In this document: positions 47,960 to 58,285 of the stretch, piece after piece
Position numbering within the stretch: the stretch's first letter is position 1
Layout of the letters: each line of letters starts with the position of its first letter
Assembly (NCBI GenBank): GCA_963823065.1
Contig: CAWGJX010000004.1
Span: 1,088,139 to 1,152,138, forward strand
Direction: 5' to 3'
DNA from: an uncultured Bacteroidales bacterium
GTDB lineage: Bacteria > Bacteroidota > Bacteroidia > Bacteroidales > VadinHA17
DNA length: 64,000 bases
The notes under the pieces: generated by a model
The model's database searches: none
What the model was told of the DNA's origin: nothing
The model's input: the letters and a program-made list of their open reading frames with translations, nothing else
Program-made: the position numbers and the translations under genes

Positions 47960-50508
47960 ATGAAGGAGATAAAAAAGCATAAAACAGGTCATAATAACGG
48001 TTTATCGGGTATTGAAGGTTTCGATTCACTTTCTGACTTTGCTCTTGATATGCGTTGTTCCTGGAATCATTCAGCAGATGAAATCTGGCATCAGCTCGAA
48101 CCCGACTTATGGGATTCCACGCATAATCCGTGGGTAGTACTGCAGACAGTATCAAAAGATAAGTTTAAAAAAATAATGTCCGATCCTGCTTTCCGGAAAA
48201 AAGTTGATGCTCTTATACTATCTAAGGAGGAGGATATAACCGGTCCGGCATGGTTTCAAAAAACTTTCCCGGAATCACCTCTGACGGCAGTAGCTTACTT
48301 CAGCATGGAATTTATGTTAAGTGAAGCACTTCCAATTTATTCCGGAGGACTGGGAAATGTTGCCGGCGATCAGCTAAAAACAGCCAGCGATCTGGGTGTA
48401 CCTGTAGTTGGTATAGGCTTACTGTATCAGCAAGGATACTTTCGGCAGGAAATTGACCACAATGGGAACAAGCAGGCCTTATATCCGTATAATGATCCGG
48501 GACAATTACCGGTCATTCCATTACGTGATGCAAATGGGGAATGGTTAAGATTGGAGATTGAGCTGCCCGGGTTATTCTGTATGGTTACGGACATGGCAGG
48601 TGCAGGTTGGGAGAATCAAACTTTATCTGTTAGATAGTAATGATGCGGCAAATTTCCCGATCCATCGCGGAATAACAAGTGAATTATATGGTGGAGGACC
48701 AGAACTTCGGCTTAAGCAGGAAATGGTGCTGGGAATAGGCGGATGGCGTCTGCTGAAGGCTCTTGGATATACATCCTGAAGTGTGTCATCTCAATGAAGG
48801 ACATGCTGCATTTGCAATTTTGGAACGTGCAGCTGATTTTATGGAGAAAACAGGTCAGTCCTTTGATATTGCTCTTGCTTCGACAAGACCCGGCAATCTT
48901 TTCACAACACATACTGCTGTTGCAGCAGGATTTGATCAGTTTCTCACCGAATCTTATTGATCAGTATCTGGGTGAATACGCTGAGAAGAAGCTTGGCATT
49001 TCACATACAGCAATTGCTGGCTCTGGGTCGTGCGAATCCATGGGATCAGTCAGAGAAATTCAACATGGCTTATCTGGCAATAAGAGGAAGTGGAGCAGTA
49101 AATGGAGTTAGTCGTCTTCACGGAGAGGTTAGCCGTCATATCTTTGAACCACTGTTCCCCAAATGGCCAACAAATGAAGTGCCGGTCGGGCATATAACAA
49201 ATGGAGTGCACATGCCAACATGGGACTCAAAAGAAGCAGATGACATCTGGACTGAATCTTGTGGCAAGGATCGTTGGCTCGGAATGAATAAGACACTTGA
49301 AAAGGATATCCATCGTGTTTCCGATGAAAAACTCTGGGAGATGCGTACAAAAGCAAACAAGTCACTTATTGAATTTGCCAGTGAATATTTTTCGAGGCAA
49401 TTGGACGGTTCAGGGCATAACCCGGATACTATTGAAAGAGCAAAGCATTTATTTGATCCGGATGTTTTAACAATTGGCTTTGCAAGACGTTTTGCAACCT
49501 ACAAAAGGCCGAATTTATTGTTGCATGATCCTCAACGTCTGCTAAGGCTGTTAACAAATGCTGAATTCCCGGTACAACTCATCATTTCAGGTAAGGCTCA
49601 TCCTGCTGATCAGGCAGGTCAGAATCTGATAAAGGAATGGATCAGTTTTATCCGGAAGAATGGTCTGCATCCTCCTGTAATATTTCTCAGCGACTACGAT
49701 ATGCATATTTCGGAAAATCTCGTTCAGGGTGTCGATGTCTGGATAAATACACCCCGCCGACCATGGGAGGCAAGCGGTACCAGTGGTATGAAGGTGCTTG
49801 TAAATGGAGGCATTAATCTTTCGGAACTTGACGGGTGGTGGGCTGAAGCCTATACTCCTGAAGTTGGCTGGGCACTTGGAGATGGAAAGGAACATGGTGA
49901 TGATCCGGCTATCGACGCCATTGAAGCGGAACAACTTTATAATATACTTGAACAACAGGTGGTACCTGAATTTTACAACCGTAATGAAAAAGGTATCTCT
50001 ACACGCTGGATATCGAGAATGAGGGAAAGCATGGCACGGCTCACACCCAGGTTCTCAGCTGACAGGACAGTAAGAGAATACACTGAGCAGCACTATCTGC
50101 CAGCATCAAAATCATTTCTGGAGCGCACCGCAGATAATGGTAAAATTGGAAAGCAAATAGCGGATAAACTGCAGAAACTTAATCAAAAATGGTATTCACT
50201 TCATTTTGGTGAAATAAAAGTTGGTAAAGTTGAAAATCAGTATCAAGTTCAATGTTCAGGTTTTTTTCAGTGACCTTGATCCTGATTTAGTTCAGGTAGA
50301 GCTATTTGCTAATGGAGAGAATGGGGCAAAACCAGAAATTATAAAGATGAAGAGGGAATCTAAAACTGAAGGTTCAACCAACACATATTATTATAATGCC
50401 CTGGCCTCTTCAGAACGCCCTGCATCTGATTATACACCCAGGGCACTGACTGAAATCGCCGGGGTTTCAGTTCCGCTTGAATCAAATCTGATTACCTGGC
50501 AACATTAA
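47960..50508 (+). pseudogene. glgP: alpha-glucan (glycogen/maltodextrin) phosphorylase, GT35, four frameshifts
   Basis: Five collinear ORFs (47960, 48558, 48763, 48957, 50221) occupy frames 2, 0, 1, 0 and 1. Motifs are YFSMEFML, HLNEGHAAF, VNGVSRLHG and the PLP-lysine context EASGTSGMKVLVNGG. Confidence 0.88.
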
Positions 50509-50654
50509 TTATTTTATCGCATTGTTGCTGTAATAGTAGCATGTGATAATGAACAGGGAATGATGAATGGCGAAGGAAGTTCAGGCGACTAAGATATTTG
50601 TCAACAATATGTTACAGTCATGCAAACAAGGCAGTGGGTAATCACAATAATATC

Positions 50655-51953
50655 ATGAACGTCAGGAATCTCATAGGTGATGCTGAACTTGAAAGACTTC
50701 AGAACGAAACTTTCAATTACTTTCTATATGAGACCAATCCCGAAAATGGATTGGTGATAGACAAGACTGCACACGACTGGCCTTCAAGTATTGCCGCTAC
50801 CGGTATGGCATTGGCAGTTTACCCGATAGCAGTTGAACATGGTTTCATCACTCGCGATACTGCCATTAAAAAAGTGATAACAACACTACGGTTCTTCTGG
50901 AACAGTCATCAGGGACCGGAACCTGATGCCACTGGCTACCGTGGTTTTTATTATCATTTCCTCGATATGCAGACCGGCCGGCGTTCATGGAAATGCGAAC
51001 TGTCTACTATTGATAGTGCAATTCTGTTTGCAGGCATTTTGACAGCAGGTGTTTACTTTGATGCAGATGATGTAATAGAGAAGGAAATCCGGAAAATTGC
51101 AGATGCACTTTTTAGACGGGCTGATTGGCAATGGGCTCAAAACAATGGTCCAACTGTTACACATGGATGGAAACCGGAAAGAGGATTTTTAAGATTCCGA
51201 TGGAAGGGCTATGATGAGGCATTAATACTATATATACTCGGTTTGGGCTCGCCCACATATCCACTGCAGGAGAATAGTTATACAGTGTGGACGTCAACCT
51301 ATGAGTGGATAAATAGTTATGGATATGAATATCTTTATGCCGGACCATTGTTCATACATCAGATGTCACACATCTGGGTAGATTTTCGAGGTATTCAGGA
51401 TGCCTACATGCACAACAAAGGCATCGATTATTTCGAAAATAGCCGGCGTGCAACCTATGTCCAACAGAGGTATGCGATTGAAAATCCAAATGGATTTTCA
51501 GGTTATAGCTGGAACTGTTGGGGAATAACCGCAAGTGATGGCCCCGGTCCTCGTACACTTAGTGTGAATGGTAAGAAGCACCGATACTTCGATTATAAGG
51601 GACGTGGCGTGCCGTATGGCCCTGACGACGGAACCATTGCGCCATGGGCTGTTATAGCCTCACTACCGTTCGCACCTGAGATTGTATTGCCCGCAATTGA
51701 CTATATGGAAAATGATGTCAAGTTGAAAGTGGGTAACCCATATGGCTTTAAAGCTACATTTAATCCATCTTACCCGCATAAATCCACAAATCCATATGGC
51801 TGGGTTTCTCCCTGGCATTATGGGATTAATCAGGGACCGATCATTGCTATGATTGAGAATTATAAAACAGGCTTTTTATGGAGACTGATGCGAAACTGTC
51901 CTTATATCATAAACGGTCTGCAACGAGCGGGTTTTGCAGGAGGTTGGTTGTGA
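50655..51953 (+). CDS. glucoamylase-like PF10091 / GH144-like (beta-1,2-glucanase family) protein, no signal peptide in the called ORF
   Basis: The track ORF 50598..51953 starts at TTG; the first ATG is at 50655. An (alpha/alpha)6-type pattern is present: SSIAATGMALAVY, GFYYHFLDMQTGRR and STIDSAILFAGIL. The family call is pattern-based. Confidence 0.6.
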   Translation: MNVRNLIGDAELERLQNETFNYFLYETNPENGLVIDKTAHDWPSSIAATGMALAVYPIAVEHGFITRDTAIKKVITTLRFFWNSHQGPEPDATGYRGFYYHFLDMQTGRRSWKCELSTIDSAILFAGILTAGVYFDADDVIEKEIRKIADALFRRADWQWAQNNGPTVTHGWKPERGFLRFRWKGYDEALILYILGLGSPTYPLQENSYTVWTSTYEWINSYGYEYLYAGPLFIHQMSHIWVDFRGIQDAYMHNKGIDYFENSRRATYVQQRYAIENPNGFSGYSWNCWGITASDGPGPRTLSVNGKKHRYFDYKGRGVPYGPDDGTIAPWAVIASLPFAPEIVLPAIDYMENDVKLKVGNPYGFKATFNPSYPHKSTNPYGWVSPWHYGINQGPIIAMIENYKTGFLWRLMRNCPYIINGLQRAGFAGGWL

Positions 51954-52063
51954 GAAAAATACTTCAATATCCGATGATAATCATATGCTTTAAAAAAACA
52001 TAAAAAGATAAACCAGGGTTCATGTGCATAAAGTATTAAAAGTAATATTAAGGAGGTGTAATT

Positions 52064-53499
52064 ATGACAGATACAGATAAAAAACAGCAATATGAGATTG
52101 GAATGATAGGCTTAGGCGTCATGGGGCGTAATCTTTTATTAAATATGGCAGATCACGGTTTCTCTGTGGCCGGTTATGACAAAGATTCGTCCAAGGTGGT
52201 GGCATTAAAACAGGAAGCAGATAAAAGAAATATTCATTGCACGGATAATCTTCAGGAGTTTATTTCAATCCTTCGTAAACCCCGTGCAATAATATTACTT
52301 GTTCCTGCAGGAGCACCCGTAGATTCAGTCATAAATGAATTGTTGGCCCATCTTCAGAAGGAAGATCTCATAATTGATTCAGGCAATTCGTATTTTAAAG
52401 ATACCAATCTGCGGACAGTCAGGTTAAAAGAAAAAGGAATACTTTATATGGGGATGGGGATATCAGGAGGAGAGGAAGGGGCCAGGCATGGCGCAAGTAT
52501 TATGCCCGGGGGACTGAAAGAAGCTTATGACAGGGTGAAACCTGTTCTTGAAGCTGTATGCAGCAAAAGTGAATGGAGAACCCTGTGTTACATATCTGGG
52601 ACCTTCGTCAGCAGGTCATTTTGTAAAGATGGTGCATAACGGAATTGAATATGGTGTGATGCAGCTTATTTCCGAGACTTACGCATTTATGAAACTGGTG
52701 CTCGGTTTTTCAGAGGATAAACTTCAAAGCATTTACAGCGAATGGAATAATGGAGAGCTTAATGGTTTCCTTATGGAAATTACAGGAAATATCTTTGGCA
52801 AGGAAGATGACAAAACAGGCAAACGAATGATTGATGAAATACTCGATGTAGCCCGGCAAAAAGGCACCGGGATGTGGACTTCACAAAGCGCCATGGAGTT
52901 GCAGGTACCTGTCCCGACAATTGATATCGCAGTTGCTATGCGCGACTTATCCGTATTTGAAGAACAGCGCGAATCAGCAGGCAAAATTTATAAGCACCCT
53001 GAAATAAACTTTAACAGGCGATCCTGAAAAGTTCGTTATACAACTGCGCAAAGCTCTTTACGTGTCAATGCTTACAACATATGCTCAGGGGTTTGCTTTG
53101 CTGGCAGCAGCATCAGATAAGTACGGATATCATCTCGATCCTGAAGCGATAGCAGGTATATGGAGGGGTGGTTGTATCATTCGTGCTGCCATACTGGAAG
53201 ACATTAAGGCAGCTTTTCATGCAAAACATGATTTGCTAAATTTATTGCTTGACCCTGATCTCTCTAAAAAGATCATGGAGAACCTGGAAGATCTTCGTCA
53301 GATCGTATGCCAGGCATGTACCATGGGTATTCCGGTTCCTGGTATTATGGCTTCTCTCGGGTATATTGACGCTTTTAGCAGTGCATGGTTGCCAGCCAAT
53401 CTAATTCAGGCACAACGCGACTATTTTGGCGCTCATACGTATGAACGCATTGATGAAAAAGGAACATATCACACTGAATGGCTAAAAGGATCAAAATGA
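52064..53499 (+). pseudogene. gnd: 6-phosphogluconate dehydrogenase (decarboxylating), two frameshifts
   Basis: ORFs 52064..52639, 52548..53027 and 53062..53499 occupy frames 2, 0 and 1. Motifs are IGMIGLGVMGRNL, GHFVKMVHNGIEYG and AQRDYFGAHTYER. A strong SD (AAGGAGGTG) sits 6 nt upstream of the ATG. Confidence 0.9.
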
Positions 53500-55019
53500 A
53501 AACAAATGTAAAGCTTAAACCAACGGTATTTGCCATATTTGGAGGATCAGGAGATCTGACCTGGAGAAAACTGGTTCCATCTCTTTTTGATTTGTTTCAG
53601 GATTCTAATATGCCTGCTGATTTTTCAATTATCGCCCTTGACAGGATAAAACTCAGTGATGCAGAATTGCATAAACACTTCCGTGAAGGAATTGAAAAGT
53701 TTTCACGAAAAGGTAAGGTCAGCGAGAATGTTTGGTCAAAGTTTACCAAACATATTTATTATAAACAGGGAGACTTTACAAAACCAGGCATTTATACCAT
53801 ACTAAAAGAGCAATGCTCAAAACTGGAAAAAGAGTGGAATATTAAACCCCAGATTATTTTTTATATGGCTACACCTCCGGTAATGTTTGGAGAAATTCCA
53901 AAACATCTTAAAATTGCCGGATTGGCAGACGATCGGGAAGGGGCAAGGATTGTGGTAGAAAAGCCAATCGGCCATGACCTTGTATCAACTTTAAAGTTAA
54001 ATAAGATACTTACCGATAGTTTTAATGAATCTCAGATCTTCAGAATAGATCATTATCTCGGTAAAGAAACCGTGCAGAATATTCTGGCATTCCGTTTCGC
54101 CAATCCTCTCTTTGAACCTATTTGGAACAGGAGGTATGTTGATTATGTAACTATTACAGTGGCAGAGGATTTAGGCGTTGAACACCGTGGAGAGTACTAC
54201 GAGAAAGCCGGAGCATTAAGAGATATGGTACAAAATCACCTGATGCAATTGCTTTGTCTGGTTGCTATGGAGCCGATGGTCTCATTTGATGCTGATGAGA
54301 TACGTAACAAGAAAGTAGATGTTCTGCATGCTATCAGACCAATACCACGCGAGATGGTGCATAATTCAGTAGTAAGGGGACAATATGGAGAGGGTTACAT
54401 AGAAGGTAAAGAAGCATGTGGATATCGCGAAGAATGTAAAGTATCAAAGGATTCGACTACAGAGACATTTGTTGCATTAAAGCTGTTTGTGGATAACTGG
54501 CGCTGGCAGGATGTGCCTTTTTATCTTCGGACAGGAAAACGCCTTCCACGTCAGGTTTCGGAAGTTACGATACAATTCCGTGCAGTGCCCCATAAATCCT
54601 TTCCCTCTGACGCAACATTTGACTGGCAATCATCATGTATCATCTTGTCTATTCAGCCTGATGAAGGTATTGTCCTAAGGTTTCAGGCAAAGCAACCAGG
54701 TACAAAGTTATTGCTGCAGCCTGTGACTATGCGTTTCAATTATCAGGAAAGCTTTTCATTACCTATCCCTGATGCTTATGAAACATTACTCTGGGATGTG
54801 ATGAACAACGATGCAACTCTCTTTATGCGGGCTGATCAGGTTGAGGCTGCCTGGCAAATAATTATGCCAATCCTTGATGCCTGGCCAGGTCATCCACCGG
54901 TCGATTTTCCAAATTATGCTGCCGGGACATGGGGACCCGAAGAAGCTAATGCACTATTTAATCCCGGCCATCATTGGCCTTTGCCAACTGAATTAATTGA
55001 AAAAAATGTGAAAAAATGA
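53496..55019 (+). CDS. zwf: glucose-6-phosphate 1-dehydrogenase
   Basis: Intact ORF with [21 protein letters not shown] and EKPIGHD. The ATG at 53496 overlaps the gnd TGA as ATGA. An alternative in-frame ATG lies at 53478. Confidence 0.93.
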   Translation: MKTNVKLKPTVFAIFGGSGDLTWRKLVPSLFDLFQDSNMPADFSIIALDRIKLSDAELHKHFREGIEKFSRKGKVSENVWSKFTKHIYYKQGDFTKPGIYTILKEQCSKLEKEWNIKPQIIFYMATPPVMFGEIPKHLKIAGLADDREGARIVVEKPIGHDLVSTLKLNKILTDSFNESQIFRIDHYLGKETVQNILAFRFANPLFEPIWNRRYVDYVTITVAEDLGVEHRGEYYEKAGALRDMVQNHLMQLLCLVAMEPMVSFDADEIRNKKVDVLHAIRPIPREMVHNSVVRGQYGEGYIEGKEACGYREECKVSKDSTTETFVALKLFVDNWRWQDVPFYLRTGKRLPRQVSEVTIQFRAVPHKSFPSDATFDWQSSCIILSIQPDEGIVLRFQAKQPGTKLLLQPVTMRFNYQESFSLPIPDAYETLLWDVMNNDATLFMRADQVEAAWQIIMPILDAWPGHPPVDFPNYAAGTWGPEEANALFNPGHHWPLPTELIEKNVKK

Positions 55020-55636
55020 AAAAAACAATCCCGATTACAACATTATTTTTAGATATAGGCGGAGTAATACTAACAAATGGATGGGGTCATGAGTCACGCA
55101 GACTGGCTGCTGAAAAATTCAATTTGAATTTAATCGAATTGGAAGACAGGCACCATCTCACCTTCGTCACTTATGAAGAAGGAAAACTAACGCTTAAAGA
55201 ATATCTCAACAGGGTGGTATTTTATCAGAAGCGTTCATTTACACATGATCAGTTTAAGGAGTTTATGTTTGAACAATCGACTCCTTTCACAGAGATGATT
55301 GAATTTATACATAAGCTGAAAGAACAAAACTGTCTGAAAATCGCAGTAGTCAACAATGAAGCCCATGAATTGAATGAACACAGGATTAAGAAATTTAATT
55401 TGAATCAGTTCGTGGACTTTTACATTTCTTCATGTTTTGTACATTTTCGAAAACCAGATGCCGATATTTTCCGGATTGCGCTCGATATAGCTCAGGTGCC
55501 AGCCGAACAAGTTGTGTATATTGAAAATACGCAGATGTTCGTCGACGTTGCCCGGGATTTAGGTATTCGAAGTATTTTTCATACTGACTACAAATCCACA
55601 CGTTCGGAACTGTCTTTACTTGGATTAAAGATTTAG
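55016..55636 (+). CDS. HAD-superfamily hydrolase (subfamily IA-like)
   Basis: 206-aa ORF with N-terminal nucleophile motif [10 protein letters not shown]. Its start overlaps the zwf stop as ATGA. Confidence 0.75.
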   Translation: MKKTIPITTLFLDIGGVILTNGWGHESRRLAAEKFNLNLIELEDRHHLTFVTYEEGKLTLKEYLNRVVFYQKRSFTHDQFKEFMFEQSTPFTEMIEFIHKLKEQNCLKIAVVNNEAHELNEHRIKKFNLNQFVDFYISSCFVHFRKPDADIFRIALDIAQVPAEQVVYIENTQMFVDVARDLGIRSIFHTDYKSTRSELSLLGLKI

Positions 55637-55750
55637 AAGTTTGATAAAAACAAAGCTGGCATAAATAAACTTTCTGATTATCATCTACATAGAAAAGAAC
55701 TATTATCAGAGATTGTACATTGAAGCATGTTATGAATTTAGGAAAGAGAT

Positions 55751-58186
55751 ATGATGCAAACAACCAATCAAAATGCGCCAGGTGCTCCAGGAATGCCGGC
55801 CCGTTGGACTTCCAGCGCTAAAACCGGCGTTGGTACGGCTCTCAGTAACAAAAGCCGTGTCTGGTTCACACTAAACCAGGGAATCTTCAGCGAGATTTAT
55901 TACCCCAGCCTGGATCAGGCTTGCATACGCGATATGGGTCTGATAATTACAGATGGGATTGATTTCTTCTCAGAAGAGAAACGTGACACTACATCAGAAG
56001 TTCACCTGATGGCCGACGGAGTTCCGGCATATCGCTTAGTCAACTCCTCTCGGGATGGTCGCTACCGTATTGAAAAGCAAATTGTGACTGATCCATACCG
56101 TGACACGGTATTACAAAAGGTTCAATTTGACGCGTTAAAGGGATCGCTTTCCGATTATCTCCTTAACGTTATACTTGCACCTCATGTAGGAAACCAGGGA
56201 AGCGGCAACACTGCCTGGATCGGAGATTTTGAGGGCAAACCCTTGATCTTTGCACAACGCGACGGAAAGACCTTAGCCCTGGCATGTTCGGTTCCCTGGA
56301 CAAAGAGATCTGTCGGCTATGTCGGTTCCTCTGATGGTTGGCAGGATTTGAAGGCCAATAAGAAGATGACATGGGAATACCAACGGGCTGACAACGGTAA
56401 TGTTGCATTGACTGCCGGGATAGATCTTTTGAAATCGCAGGGAAACTTCGTACTGGCGATAGGTTTTGGCGTTAGTCCTGACGAAGCGGCAGGGAATGCC
56501 ATAAAAAGCCTCAACTATGGTTTTGACAAGATAATGAACGACTACATTTCCGGTTGGCAGGGATGGATGGATGATCATAAATGGCTTAAAAAGGCTGCAC
56601 TCAGTTCTGGCGATCTATCCAGGATCAGCTTGTTTGTACTGCTCACCCATGAATCCAAAACTGCTCCTGGTGGTCTCATAGCCAGCCTCTCTTTCCCATG
56701 GGGATTCAGCAAAGGCGACAATGATATTGGCGGTTACCATCTCGTCTGGTCGCGCGATATGGTGGAAGCAGCAGGAGGTCTTCTTGCTGCCGGAGCCCAT
56801 AAGGAAGCCCACAGGGTTCTCTCTTTTTTACAGAAAACTCAGCAATCGGACGGACACTGGTCGCAGAATATGTGGCTGGATGGCTCGCCCTATTGGAACG
56901 GAATTCAAATGGACGAGACTGCATTGCCTATTCTCCTGGTAGATTTAGCCCATCGCAAAAAGGCATTAACTGAGGAAGATGTGGTCCTGTTTTGGCCGAT
57001 GGTACTGAAGGCCGCGGAATACCTGGCCCGCAATGGACCCGTGAGTCCACAGGATCGATGGGAAGAAGATCCGGGATATTCGCCATTCACAGTCGGAGCA
57101 GAAATTGCCGCACTCCTGGTTGCGGCTGATATGGCAGATCTGAATCACGAAACATCCATTGCAACCTATCTACGCGAAATCGCAGATGTCTGGTACACCT
57201 CTATCGACCGCTGGATGTATATGTCTGGTTCGGACTGGTGCCGGAGGTTTAACGTTGAAGGGTATTATATCCGTATTGACCCGGTTAAGACAGGTTCAGG
57301 TGTGAAACAGTTACAAAATAATGTACACGTAAAAAATGTTCACGCAGCTGAAGATACACGACTCGCCAGTCACCTGGTGAGTCCAGATGCCCTTGCCCTT
57401 GTGCGTTTTGGTGTTCGTGATGCCAACGATCCTCGTCTTCGCGATACAGTAAAAGTCATCGATGCGCTTCTCAAGGTGGAAACACCATCGGGTGCAACCT
57501 GGCATCGTTATAACGACGATGGCTATGGAGAACATTTGGATGGTACACCTTTCGACGGAACAGGGATTGGCCGCGGATGGCCTCTGCTCACAGGTGAGAG
57601 GGCACACTTCGAACTAGCGGCTGGACAATTAGAAAATGCGAAACAACTCCTTAGTGAATTGGAATCTTTTGCCAATGAAGGCGGAATGATACCTGAACAG
57701 GTGTGGGATTCATCGGATATAGCTGAACACAAACTGTTTTTTGGCAGGCCTTCTGGTTCGGCTATGCCGCTTGTATGGGCGCATGCCGAGTACCTCAAGC
57801 TGCGATGCTCATTGCTCGACGAGCGGATTTTCGATCTGCCGCCACAGACAGTAAAACGATACCTGATTGAGAAAACCATATCCCCTCGTATGGTCTGGAG
57901 GTTTAACCACAAGATTCGCTCAATGCCTGCGGGTAAAAACTTGCGTATAGAGACAATGACACCAGCACTAGTTCGCTGGAGCGCAGATGACTGGAATACA
58001 TTTAGTGAAGTAACAACACATGACGTCGGGCTAAGAATTCACATTGCAGATCTAACGACCAAAACGCTTCCGGCAGGGAAAAATATCAAATTCACTTTCT
58101 ACTGGAAAGATGCTGATCATTGGGAAGGAAACGACTTTATCATTCGTGTCGCAGCTTCTCAGGAAAAGGAGCATGTATCAGCTTAA
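55751..58186 (+). CDS. GH15 glucoamylase-family enzyme (glucoamylase, glucodextranase or trehalase type) with N-terminal beta-sandwich and a C-terminal extra domain
   Basis: Intact 811-aa ORF with GH15 signatures GYHLVWSRDMVEAAGGL and PQDRWEEDPGYSPFT. It is visibly more G+C-rich than its neighbours. Confidence 0.85.
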   Translation: MMQTTNQNAPGAPGMPARWTSSAKTGVGTALSNKSRVWFTLNQGIFSEIYYPSLDQACIRDMGLIITDGIDFFSEEKRDTTSEVHLMADGVPAYRLVNSSRDGRYRIEKQIVTDPYRDTVLQKVQFDALKGSLSDYLLNVILAPHVGNQGSGNTAWIGDFEGKPLIFAQRDGKTLALACSVPWTKRSVGYVGSSDGWQDLKANKKMTWEYQRADNGNVALTAGIDLLKSQGNFVLAIGFGVSPDEAAGNAIKSLNYGFDKIMNDYISGWQGWMDDHKWLKKAALSSGDLSRISLFVLLTHESKTAPGGLIASLSFPWGFSKGDNDIGGYHLVWSRDMVEAAGGLLAAGAHKEAHRVLSFLQKTQQSDGHWSQNMWLDGSPYWNGIQMDETALPILLVDLAHRKKALTEEDVVLFWPMVLKAAEYLARNGPVSPQDRWEEDPGYSPFTVGAEIAALLVAADMADLNHETSIATYLREIADVWYTSIDRWMYMSGSDWCRRFNVEGYYIRIDPVKTGSGVKQLQNNVHVKNVHAAEDTRLASHLVSPDALALVRFGVRDANDPRLRDTVKVIDALLKVETPSGATWHRYNDDGYGEHLDGTPFDGTGIGRGWPLLTGERAHFELAAGQLENAKQLLSELESFANEGGMIPEQVWDSSDIAEHKLFFGRPSGSAMPLVWAHAEYLKLRCSLLDERIFDLPPQTVKRYLIEKTISPRMVWRFNHKIRSMPAGKNLRIETMTPALVRWSADDWNTFSEVTTHDVGLRIHIADLTTKTLPAGKNIKFTFYWKDADHWEGNDFIIRVAASQEKEHVSA

Positions 58187-58285
58187 GATTGTAATACAAA
58201 TAAAGAATTAAACCCGGGCGGACAGGCTGAGAATAGTGACAATCGGAAACGAAAGGAAAAACCAAATAAAATTAAAATTCATTAT

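Noticed and set aside
46285-50508. Programmed ribosomal frameshifting in pgm and glgP (and in the ABC genes)
   Set aside because: There are multiple shifts per gene in both directions and no slippery heptamer or downstream structure that I could see. These families are not known to use recoding. Several junctions lie in simple homopolymers, which favours sequencing error or decay.
50509-50592. The second QGMMNG peptide segment as an independent gene
   Set aside because: There is no ATG, GTG or TTG start between the glgP stop and the conserved segment, and it lacks the C-terminal TM helix of the 44155 copy. It is reported as a finding (remnant or displaced signal peptide) rather than as a CDS.
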